Source: Candidatus Eiseniibacteriota bacterium (GTDB taxonomy: Bacteria > Eisenbacteria > RBG-16-71-46 > CAIMUX01 > VGJL01). From it: a stretch of 64,000 nt of DNA. The position numbers and the translations under genes are program-made. The stretch lies in assembly GCA_041946735.1 (NCBI GenBank), contig JBHGAY010000017.1, positions 56,009 through 120,008 on the forward strand, in the 5' to 3' direction. The notes beneath the pieces were generated by a model, which was given only the letters and a program-made list of their open reading frames with translations, did not search any database and was not told the origin of the DNA. Below, piece by piece: positions 50,213 to 58,414 of this stretch; position 1 is the first letter of the stretch, and every line of letters starts with the position of its first letter.

Positions 50213-51192
50213 GCGCCGGCGGCGGGACGATCACCTACCTCGAGGCGATCACCGATGGCCTGCGTGAGGAGATGCGCCTCGATTCTTCCGTCTACCTCCT
50301 CGGCGAGGACATCGGCGCCTACGGCGGAGCGTTCAAGGTGACGAAGGGTCTGATCGAGGAGTTCGGACCGTGGCGGGTGATCGACACGATCGTCGCGGAG
50401 TCCGCGATCCTGGGAGCGGCGATTGGATCGGCGATCGCCGGCATGCGCCCCGTCGCCGAGATGCAGTTCGCCGACTTCGTCGCTTGCGGCTTCAACCAGC
50501 TTGTGAATCTGGCCGCAAAAGCGCACTACAGGTGGGGGCAGGCCGTGCCGCTCGTCGTCCGCCTCCCGTCCGGCGGCTATGTGCATGGCGGGCCGTTTCA
50601 CTCGCAGAATCCGGAGGCATGGTTCTGTTCCGTTCCCGGATTGAAGGTCGTCGCGCCTTCGATGCCGGCCGACGCATATGGACTGATCCGCTCGTCGATT
50701 CGAGATGACAATCCTGTAGTCTTTCTCGAACACAAATTCCTCTATCGGAGGATCAAATCCGCAATCGTGAACGAACCGAAAGTTCCTTTGGGCCGGTCGA
50801 TCGTGTACCGTCCGGGCCGTGACGCGGGAATCGTGACCTACGGTTCGGGAGTGCACCTCGCGCTCGCGGCAGCCGAGGCCCTGGCCCAAGAAGGAATCGA
50901 AGTGGAAGTCCACGATCTCCGTACGCTCGTCCCTTACGATCGCGAGTCTCTCAGCGAGACGGTGCGGCGGACGCATCGCGTCCTCGTCTTGCACGAGGCC
51001 TCGATGACGGGGGGATTCGGAGCCGAGATCGCCGCCTGGATCGGCGAGGCGCTCTTCGAGCACCTCGATGCGCCGGTGCGCAGGCTCGCCGGAGAGGACG
51101 TGCCGGTTCCTTATCATCCGGTCCTCGAGGACCGGGTTCTCCCGAATACCGAGAAGGTCACACGAGCGCTCCGCGAGCTGATCGCGTATTGA
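50209..51192 (+). CDS. 2-oxoacid dehydrogenase E1 beta subunit
   Basis: GEDIG.YGG.FKVT, EMQFADF and GPFHSQ motifs. Confidence 0.92.
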   Translation: MSAGGGTITYLEAITDGLREEMRLDSSVYLLGEDIGAYGGAFKVTKGLIEEFGPWRVIDTIVAESAILGAAIGSAIAGMRPVAEMQFADFVACGFNQLVNLAAKAHYRWGQAVPLVVRLPSGGYVHGGPFHSQNPEAWFCSVPGLKVVAPSMPADAYGLIRSSIRDDNPVVFLEHKFLYRRIKSAIVNEPKVPLGRSIVYRPGRDAGIVTYGSGVHLALAAAEALAQEGIEVEVHDLRTLVPYDRESLSETVRRTHRVLVLHEASMTGGFGAEIAAWIGEALFEHLDAPVRRLAGEDVPVPYHPVLEDRVLPNTEKVTRALRELIAY

Positions 51193-51218
51193 GCGCCGGC
51201 GGAGGAGGAAAGAAGCCG

Positions 51219-52784
51219 ATGAAAGTCGACATGGTGATGCCGCAGATGGGGGAGTCGATCGCCGAAGGAACGATCCTGCGCTGGCTGAAGAAGGAAGGGG
51301 ATGTCGTCGCCAAGGATGAGAACATCCTCGAGATCTCCACCGACAAGGTCGACTCCGAGATTCCCGCTCCCGCCGCCGGCAAGATCGTCGCGCTGCTGGC
51401 TGCCGAAGGGGAGACCGTCCCCGTCGGCAAGGTGATCGCCCACATCGAGACCGACGTCTCGGCCGCCCCCGAAACCCCGCAGCAGAAGGCGCCGGAAGCG
51501 GAGCAGAAGGCGCCGGCAAACCCCGAGGAAGCGCAGAAGAAGCACGCGGCTCCGGCGGGACGTCTCGTGCAGGAGCCCGGCGCGGCTGCCGAAGCGAAGC
51601 CGCCGGCGGAGTCCCGCCCGACGCCGACTCCCGCGCCTGCGCCCGCCCAACCGCAGCCGCAGCCTGTGGCGGCGTCGAGCGGGCCTCGTGCGGAGTCGCC
51701 GGACGGCAACGGCGGCGCAGGTCGCTTCTACTCTCCGCTCGTGCGCTCCATCGCCCAGTCCGAAGGGATCTCGCTCGAGGAGCTTTCGCGGATCGAAGGC
51801 TCGGGTCGCGGGGGACGGGTGACGAAGGAGGACTTGCTCGCCTACGTCGAGCGTCGCGGCGGATCGCGCGCCCAGCCGGCTCCGGCTCCCTCGCAGGCTT
51901 CTGCCGCCGGCGCTCCGTCGGCCGCTTCCGCGCCCGGGGCTGCCGCTCCGCAGGGCGCTCCCGTCACGCCGCAGCCCTCTCCCGTCGAGAGACCGTCGCC
52001 GGAGGCGCCGCAACCGCGCACCGCTCCGGCCCCGGCCGGGCGAGGCGTCACGGTTCCGTCGATCGGCCAGCCGGTCGAGAGCCGGGAGAGCCCCGACGGG
52101 CGGATCGACGTCGTCCCGATGGACCATGTGCGCCAGCGGATCGCGGAGCACATGGTCCGCTCCAAGGCGACCTCCCCGCATGTCGCCTCCGTGACCGAGG
52201 CGGACATGACGCGGATCGTGCAATATCGTGAGTCGCACAAAGAAGCGTTCGAGCAGCAAGAAGGCTTCAAGCTCACGTATACACCGTTCTTCGTGCAAGC
52301 GATCGTCCGGGCGCTGAAGGATTTCCCGGTCGTCAACGCCTCCGTCGAAGGGACAAACATTCTGCTCAAGCGCTTCATCCATGTCGGCGTCGCGGTGTCG
52401 GTCGACTACGGCTTGATCGTTCCGGTGATCAAGCATGCCGACACGCTCTCCTTCCTCGGCATCGCCCGGGCCGTCAACGATCTCGCGGCGCGAGCCCGCT
52501 CGAAGGCGCTCAAGCCGGACGAGGTGGCGGGGGGCACGTTCTCCATCACGAACATGGGAACCGTCGGCACGCTCTTCGGCGTTCCGATCATCGCGCAGCC
52601 CCAGGTCGGGATCCTCGGGATCGGGGCGATTCAGAAGCGCCCCGTCGTGAGGGACGACGCGATCGCGATCCGCTCGATGATGTACATGTGCCTCTCCTAC
52701 GACCATCGGGTCATCGATGGCGCCACGGGCGGCTCGTTCGTGGAGCGGGTGCGGCATTATCTGGAGACGATGGAGCTGGCGTGA
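51219..52784 (+). CDS. Dihydrolipoamide acyltransferase (E2)
   Basis: Lipoyl domain STDKVD, E3-binding GSGRGGRVTKED, Pro/Ala linkers and catalytic YDHRVIDG. Confidence 0.92.
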   Translation: MKVDMVMPQMGESIAEGTILRWLKKEGDVVAKDENILEISTDKVDSEIPAPAAGKIVALLAAEGETVPVGKVIAHIETDVSAAPETPQQKAPEAEQKAPANPEEAQKKHAAPAGRLVQEPGAAAEAKPPAESRPTPTPAPAPAQPQPQPVAASSGPRAESPDGNGGAGRFYSPLVRSIAQSEGISLEELSRIEGSGRGGRVTKEDLLAYVERRGGSRAQPAPAPSQASAAGAPSAASAPGAAAPQGAPVTPQPSPVERPSPEAPQPRTAPAPAGRGVTVPSIGQPVESRESPDGRIDVVPMDHVRQRIAEHMVRSKATSPHVASVTEADMTRIVQYRESHKEAFEQQEGFKLTYTPFFVQAIVRALKDFPVVNASVEGTNILLKRFIHVGVAVSVDYGLIVPVIKHADTLSFLGIARAVNDLAARARSKALKPDEVAGGTFSITNMGTVGTLFGVPIIAQPQVGILGIGAIQKRPVVRDDAIAIRSMMYMCLSYDHRVIDGATGGSFVERVRHYLETMELA

Positions 52785-53716
52785 TGGCGGCGGCGACGAC
52801 GACAGCGGGACGGCGTCCCGAGTGGTTGAAGGTCCGGCTCCCCCAGCACGGAACGTTCCAGACGACGCGGAAGATCGTGGAAGGGCAGAAGCTCCACACG
52901 GTCTGCGAAAGCGCTCGGTGTCCCAACATCGGGGAGTGCTGGGGAGCGGGCACGGCGACGTTCATGATTCTCGGCAACATCTGCACACGCGGCTGCCGGT
53001 TCTGCGCGGTCATCACCGGGCGGCCGACCGAGCTCGATCGGGAGGAGCCGGAACGGGTGGCGCAGGCGATCGCCTCGATGCCGGTGCGCCACGCCGTGAT
53101 CACCTCCGTCGACCGGGACGAGCTGCCCGACGGCGGCGCCTCGGTCTTCGCCGCGACGATCCGGGCGATCCGCCGCCGAACGCCGCAGGTGACCGTCGAG
53201 GTGCTGATCCCCGATTTCCTCGGCGACCGGGCGGCGCTCGACGTCGTCCTCGACGAGCGCCCCGAAGTCCTCAATCACAACGTCGAGACGGTGCCCCGTC
53301 TCTATCGAAAGGTCCGGCCCCAGGCCCGCTACGAGCGATCCCTTTGGGTGCTCCAGCGGGCGCGGAGCCGCGGCCTCGTGACGAAGAGCAGCCTGATGGT
53401 CGGCCTGGGCGAGGAGGAGGCGGAGATCGTGCAGGTTCTCCGCGACCTTCGCTCGGTCGACTGCGGTATCGCGACGATCGGCCAATACCTCCAGCCGACC
53501 GCGCAGCACCTGCCGGTGCGGCGATGGGTCACGCTGGAGGAGTTCGACCGCTATCGGCAGGCCGGGCAAGAGCTTGGCTTCGAGCACATCGAGAGCGGCC
53601 CATTGGTCCGGTCGTCCTATCACGCGGAGCGGGCGGTCTCGGGCATGGGAAGGCCCAAAACCGCCCGATCCTCGGAAGGCCTGGCAGGGATCCCCGGCAG
53701 TGGAATCCCCGTCTAG
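52784..53716 (+). CDS. lipA: Lipoyl synthase
   Basis: CESARCPNIGEC, CTRGCRFC and VRSSY motifs. Confidence 0.95.
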   Translation: MAAATTTAGRRPEWLKVRLPQHGTFQTTRKIVEGQKLHTVCESARCPNIGECWGAGTATFMILGNICTRGCRFCAVITGRPTELDREEPERVAQAIASMPVRHAVITSVDRDELPDGGASVFAATIRAIRRRTPQVTVEVLIPDFLGDRAALDVVLDERPEVLNHNVETVPRLYRKVRPQARYERSLWVLQRARSRGLVTKSSLMVGLGEEEAEIVQVLRDLRSVDCGIATIGQYLQPTAQHLPVRRWVTLEEFDRYRQAGQELGFEHIESGPLVRSSYHAERAVSGMGRPKTARSSEGLAGIPGSGIPV

Positions 53717-53799
53717 GCCTGTGTCTGCCCGGATCCCGGTCGGGAGCTCGTGAGCCGCGCGGGCGCCGGGTTTGAAAACGGGAACCGGACGAATGAATC

Positions 53800-53829
53800 T
53801 TGACGTCTCGAACGTGCGTTCGGTAATCT
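53800..53829 (+). promoter_or_regulatory. lexA promoter with an embedded GAAC-N4-GTTC SOS box
   Basis: TTGACG (53800-05), CGAACGTGCGTTCG (53809-22), TAATCT (53824-29). Confidence 0.75.
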
Positions 53830-53918
53830 GGAACAGGCAATCAGGGAACCGGACGGGGTGCGGCCCATCGAAGTCCCCAAGCCGGCTTCGCTCCGTCCGG
53901 TCCATACAGGAGGTTCCC

Positions 53919-54509
53919 ATGCGGTCCTTGACAAAACGGCAGCGCGAGATTCTCGACTACATCCTCGACACGATCGCGCAGGATGGACGCTTCCCCTCCT
54001 ACCGGGAAATCGGGGCGCACTTCGGGTTGACGTCGCCGGCGACGGTGAGCCAGCACCTGGAGGCGCTCGCCGCGAAGGGGGCGCTCAAGCGCAACGGCCG
54101 CTACTACACGCCGCATGATTCCCTCCGGCGCGACCTGGGCGTTCCCATCGTCGGTCGGGTCGCCGCGGGGAGTCCGATCACCGCCGTCGAGAACATCGAG
54201 GATCACGTGCGCTGGGAGCAGCTCGGCGGCGAGGGTCGCTTCGCGGTACGAGTGGTCGGCGACAGCATGATCGACGACGGCATCTGGGATGGAGATCTCG
54301 TGATCGTCGAGCCGCGGGACAACTTCCACTCGGGAGACCTCGTCGTCGCCTACGTTGGCGACGAGCACGAGGCGACCGTGAAGCGGTTCTACCCGCAGTC
54401 GAGCGAGATCGAGCTTCGCCCGGCGAACGCCGCCTACGAGCCGATGCGTTTCGATCCGAGCCAGGTGCATCTTGCGGGGAAGGTGACCGCCGTTCTCCGC
54501 CGGTACTAG
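53919..54509 (+). CDS. lexA: SOS repressor LexA
   Basis: LTKRQREIL wHTH, VAAG cleavage site, GDSM Ser and TVKR Lys; AGGAGG RBS. Confidence 0.93.
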   Translation: MRSLTKRQREILDYILDTIAQDGRFPSYREIGAHFGLTSPATVSQHLEALAAKGALKRNGRYYTPHDSLRRDLGVPIVGRVAAGSPITAVENIEDHVRWEQLGGEGRFAVRVVGDSMIDDGIWDGDLVIVEPRDNFHSGDLVVAYVGDEHEATVKRFYPQSSEIELRPANAAYEPMRFDPSQVHLAGKVTAVLRRY

Positions 54510-54549
54510 GAGAATCCTCCAACGATCCACGGCTCGTGAGGCTGGCCCG

Positions 54550-54804
54550 ATGCGCTGGGAGTCGATCGACGAAGCCGTGAAGGTCCGCGCGGACTTCCAG
54601 GGGGGGAGCATCACTCCCTTGCTCTTCCGCCGCGGGGAACGAGTGCACAAGGTGCAGGCGGTCAACACGCGCTGGCAGGACAGCCGCGGGCGGCACCGCC
54701 TGTGCTATTTCTCGGTGACGTCGGATTCGGGCGACATCTATCAGCTCTGTTTCGATACGGGCGACCTGGTCTGGAAGCTCGAGTACGTGATGTTCGAAGG
54801 ATAG
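54550..54804 (+). CDS. Small conserved beta-rich protein (DUF6504-like)
   Basis: 84 aa with a P..F...G....V.....RW..........YF.V......YQL......W pattern; directly downstream of lexA. Confidence 0.55.
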   Translation: MRWESIDEAVKVRADFQGGSITPLLFRRGERVHKVQAVNTRWQDSRGRHRLCYFSVTSDSGDIYQLCFDTGDLVWKLEYVMFEG

Positions 54805-54880
54805 GCGCGCCGGTGTGACCTCGGTCATCGCCCCCCTTCCCCTCCGGGATCGATCCTGGAGCGGGAAAGGGGGCTTTTGC

Positions 54881-55627
54881 ATGTCGCTTCGCAAGGTCAT
54901 CCGGATCGACGAGGAGAAGTGCGACGGCTGCGGGGAGTGCGTCCCCGCCTGCGTCGAAGGGGCGATTCGCGTCATCGATGGAAAGGCCCGGCTGCTCCGG
55001 GAAGATTACTGCGACGGCCTGGGCGCCTGCCTGGGCCACTGCCCGCAAGGGGCGATCACGATCGAGGAGAGGGAAGCCGACGCGTTCGACGAGGAGGCGG
55101 TGCGGGCGCATCTCGCCTCGATCGCCGCGGTGCATCCCGGCCTCTCCTGTCCCGGGTCGCAGCCTCGCACCTTCGACCGGCCGGTCCCGGTTGCCGCCGC
55201 TCCGGTCGCGCCAAGTGTCGTTGCTGAGGGGGAGGCGATGGGGGAGCTGTCGCACTGGCCGGTGCAGCTCCACCTGATCTCGCCCCACTCTCCCGTCTAC
55301 CGCGGCGCGGATCTCCTGCTTGCCGCCGACTGCGCGGCCTTCGCCCGCGGGGACTTCCACCGCCGGTTCCTTGCCGGGCACGCCCTCGCCATCGCCTGCC
55401 CGAAGCTCGACGACCCAGCCGGCTATGTCGAGAAGCTGTCGGCCCTGCTGGCCCCCGGCATGGCGCGCTCGCTCACGATCGTCCGGATGCAGGTGCCTTG
55501 CTGCGGCGGCCTCGAGCGGCTCGCGGCGATCGCGGCGGAGCGGGCGGGCAGCCGCGTCCCGATCCGCTGCGTCGTGCTCGCTCCCGACGGGCGGATCTTG
55601 TCGGATACGAGCGAGAGCGAGAACTAG
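54881..55627 (+). CDS. 4Fe-4S dicluster domain protein
   Basis: CDGCGECVPAC, CDGLGACLGHCP, WPVQL, ACPKLD and MQVPCC motifs. Confidence 0.85.
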   Translation: MSLRKVIRIDEEKCDGCGECVPACVEGAIRVIDGKARLLREDYCDGLGACLGHCPQGAITIEEREADAFDEEAVRAHLASIAAVHPGLSCPGSQPRTFDRPVPVAAAPVAPSVVAEGEAMGELSHWPVQLHLISPHSPVYRGADLLLAADCAAFARGDFHRRFLAGHALAIACPKLDDPAGYVEKLSALLAPGMARSLTIVRMQVPCCGGLERLAAIAAERAGSRVPIRCVVLAPDGRILSDTSESEN

Positions 55628-55778
55628 AGGCCCGACAGCCGCCGCACGAGACGCAGCGCCTCCGAGGCGCAACGCTTCGACTTTCGGCGCCCGGAGAGAA
55701 AGAGAACTCCGCCGGAGGGAAGCATCCGGCGGAGTGACATCGAGGTCGAATCCGAAAGATCGGTTGCCGGGAAGCAGG

Positions 55779-56636
55779 CTATCGATACAGTCCCCGCACC
55801 TGGCCCCAGCTCACGTGGGACGTTGCAGTGGGCGAGCAGGGATTCGGATCGCAGTCATATTCCCACGGATTAGGCTCACCGCCCATAGCGATGCAGGTAT
55901 AGTCGTACAGCACCTGGCAGGAGCCGTCGTCGAAGCAACAAGCAACATCCTCATCCTGCGGGGGTATGCCACACCCATCTTCCCCGTTCAGGACGAAGAT
56001 CGTCTGCGAGTCGGGGAATCCGATGTCGCTCACGCCTACCGGTTCCGAGATGCCACAGTCCGGCGCGGCGATGTAAGCATCCTGGAAGGCGCCGGCATCG
56101 TTGGCGCCCGGGTAGAAGGAAACGAGGTCTGCCTCACCGGACGGGGCGTCGATAGCGACGACGAGGTCCGTCGCCTCACCGTCTTGGACGCAGAGGTAGC
56201 CGACCTGAACGTTGATCGTCGAGCCGACGTCGTTCGGGGTGAGGTCGATGCTGGTACGCCACACTTCTCTCAGGTTGGCGAAGAGGAACGGCGCGCCGTT
56301 GTCGATCTCGAAGAGGAAAAGGGTAACGCTCATGTTGCCCGAGAGGTACGAGACGCCGAAGTCCACGCTCTCCACCTGGAAGCTTTCGAGCCCGTGGTCG
56401 TCGTAGAGAAAGAAGCGGCGGAGAAACCAGTTCTGAGTCGTGTACGACCCGGCAACGCCGCAGGCGACCTGCGTGTCGCCGATCGTCGTGATGTCGTAGT
56501 TCTGGTAGACCTGCAGTCTGTCCTGCGGCGTCGTTTCGACCGAATACGACGGGTGATCCACCGTCAGAAACTCCGCGGCGCTTGCCCCGGACACGAGGAA
56601 CAGGATCCCCAGGGCAAGCAGGAACAGCGGCCTCAT
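55779..56636 (-). CDS. Secreted hypothetical protein (paralog A) with a Cys-rich module and SWGQVRGLYR tail
   Basis: Signal peptide; core nearly colinear with 56978..57715. Confidence 0.8.
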   Translation of the reverse strand: MRPLFLLALGILFLVSGASAAEFLTVDHPSYSVETTPQDRLQVYQNYDITTIGDTQVACGVAGSYTTQNWFLRRFFLYDDHGLESFQVESVDFGVSYLSGNMSVTLFLFEIDNGAPFLFANLREVWRTSIDLTPNDVGSTINVQVGYLCVQDGEATDLVVAIDAPSGEADLVSFYPGANDAGAFQDAYIAAPDCGISEPVGVSDIGFPDSQTIFVLNGEDGCGIPPQDEDVACCFDDGSCQVLYDYTCIAMGGEPNPWEYDCDPNPCSPTATSHVSWGQVRGLYR

Positions 56637-56977
56637 GGGCGGCTCCTGATTCTCGGGTCTCCGATCGGTCTGGACCGCTCGCCGTCGCACCCGGGGTACA
56701 CATTCGGTGAGGCGTCTTTGGCGCTCGATCGGAGAATCCCGGACCGGAAATGAAGGAACAGGATCGCGGCGAAGACCTCTCGGCCTCCGTCCTCTCCTTG
56801 GGAACGCTGACATTCTACGCGCTTCGCCGGGCCTTGTCTCTTCCGCTGGGGCGAGGGCGCTCGTTGGCGACGGCGGAGAGATGCGAAGAGGGGACCGGTC
56901 GCCCGGTCCCCTCGCAACTCGGTTTGGCTCCGCCGGCTGGGAAGTAAGGCCGGCCTTGCCGATTGCCGATCGGTTCC

Positions 56978-57715
56978 CTACCGGAACAGCCCCCGGACGG
57001 CCCCCCACGTCGTGGGCGTCGTCGCGACCGGCGGCGGCGGTGGGCCTCCTATGCCCGACTCTCCATTGACGACGAAGATGGTCTGAGAGTCAGGAAAGCC
57101 GATGTCGCTAACTGCCATCGGCTCGGGGACGTCGCAGTTCGCGGCCGCGATGTACGCATCCTGGAAGGCGCCCGCGTCATTAGCAGCCGGGTAGAAGGAG
57201 ACCAAGTTCGGTTCCCCGGACGGCGCCTCGATCGCGACGACCAGATCCTGGCCGATGCCATCGTACATCTCCGCCGAGAGCGGGACGTTGACGAGGAAGC
57301 CCACATCGTTCGGAGTCAGGTCTACCGACTCCCTGGTGATCTCCGTCATGTTGTCGAATCGGAACTCGGATCCGTTCGGGATCTGGAAGACGACGATGTC
57401 GACCGTCATGTCCCCGGTCAGAAAGGAGACGCCGAAGTCGATGCTCTGGACGATGATTCCGGGGTCCAGACCGTGATCCTCGTGGAGGTAGAAGCGTCGA
57501 AGGAACCAGTTCTGGGTCGTGTACGATCCGGCAACGCCGCAGGCGACCTGCGTGTCGCCGATCGTCGTGATGTCGTAGTTCTGATAGACCTGTACTGGTT
57601 CGCGCTGTGGCGGGTCGACCGCATAGCTCGGATGGTCGACCGTCAGTAACTCCGCGGCGCTCGCCCCGGAGGTTACCAGCAGCACTCCGAGGGCGAGAAG
57701 TACATACGGCCTCAT
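56978..57715 (-). CDS. Secreted hypothetical protein (paralog B) with a Pro linker and TWGAVRGLFR tail
   Basis: Signal peptide; shares VYQNYDITTIGDTQVACGVAGSYTTQNWFLRRF with paralog A; AGGAG RBS. Confidence 0.8.
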   Translation of the reverse strand: MRPYVLLALGVLLVTSGASAAELLTVDHPSYAVDPPQREPVQVYQNYDITTIGDTQVACGVAGSYTTQNWFLRRFYLHEDHGLDPGIIVQSIDFGVSFLTGDMTVDIVVFQIPNGSEFRFDNMTEITRESVDLTPNDVGFLVNVPLSAEMYDGIGQDLVVAIEAPSGEPNLVSFYPAANDAGAFQDAYIAAANCDVPEPMAVSDIGFPDSQTIFVVNGESGIGGPPPPPVATTPTTWGAVRGLFR

Positions 57716-57969
57716 GGCATCACTCCTGTGGTCGGGTCGCATGCGAGGATGTGGAGGTCCGGTCGGATGCTCGAGCTGCGCTCTCCTTCTGCCTCACTGC
57801 TCCAGGCACGACCCGCATTCGCACGTCGGAGAACTCGACCGGGTGGGCCCAGCGCCACGTCAATCCCGGTCGGATGGACGCCACCCATTCTACTCCTCCG
57901 CCCGAAACCCGTCGACGAGTGCAGGCCGGCTCCTTCCCGCCCCGCCGACCGTGACCGCAACACGGGTGA

Positions 57970-57998
57970 TTGACGCCGCCGGGGGATCGGAATACCAT
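57970..57998 (+). promoter_or_regulatory. Sigma70-type promoter for the tRNA/aaRS cluster
   Basis: TTGACG-17 nt-TACCAT. Confidence 0.6.
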
Positions 57999-58120
57999 TC
58001 TGTTGCTCGGTCTTCGATGACTTGCGAGGGCAAAGCGACAGCATGCGGCGGACGCACCGGGCTTTCCGCTGTTCGTTTCGTGCGCCTTCCCTGGGCCATC
58101 GCCCGAGTTCGAGTTTCGAT

Positions 58121-58370
58121 GCGCCCGTAGTTCAATGGTCAAGTCGTGGCGGTTTCGTCGCAAATGGTTCCGTTTGGGGCTCCCGTCCGCGTTGCGCACG
58201 GCGGAAGACGCCGGCGCTGAATAGCATCCTAGGTCGCTATTCAAACAAGAGCTGTGTGCCGCAAGGACGGATGGCTCCTGGGAAGTACGGCGCCGAGCGA
58301 TAAGCCTCCAGGCAAAGAACAGTGGACCTATAATCCACGAATGCGGGTTCGATTCCCGTCGGGCGTACCA
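58121..58370 (+). tRNA. tRNA with anticodon UAU (nominally Ile/AUA), interrupted in the D-loop by ~175 nt
   Basis: Acceptor GCGCCCG/CGGGCGT, discriminator A and encoded CCA; U8A9; D-stem GTTC (58130)/GAAC (58317); anticodon arm GTGGA-CCTATAA-TCCAC; 4-nt variable loop; T-arm GCGGG-TTCGATT-CCCGT; A15-U48 compatible. Confidence 0.85.
58140..58315 (+). ncRNA. Structured intervening sequence in the tRNA D-loop (possible intron, class uncertain)
   Basis: Hairpins 58194-58217 and 58218-58243; long-range pairings CCGTCC/GGACGG and GCTGTG/TACGGC. Boundaries are ambiguous by a few nt. Confidence 0.6.
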
Positions 58371-58414
58371 GGTTCCGCGGCCACCTCAAGAGTGCGGAGG
58401 CGCGCGACGACGTC

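Noticed and set aside
58020..58070. c-di-GMP-I riboswitch-like words (GGGCAAA...GACGCA) in the leader
   Set aside because: The GNRA loop and GCAAA/P1 elements are missing.
58135..58224. Short ORFs inside the tRNA insert (MVKSWRFRRKW..., 29 aa; MVPFGAP..., 18 aa)
   Set aside because: No RBS and no recognisable homing endonuclease or leader peptide; expected by chance.
58327..58333. Reading the anticodon as CUA (amber suppressor)
   Set aside because: The 5-bp stem GTGGA/TCCAC fixes a 7-nt loop whose central triplet is TAT; CTA is off-register by one.
58121..58370. tmRNA
   Set aside because: No G3-U70 alanine acceptor; a full D-stem and anticodon arm are present, and the extra sequence lies in the D-loop.
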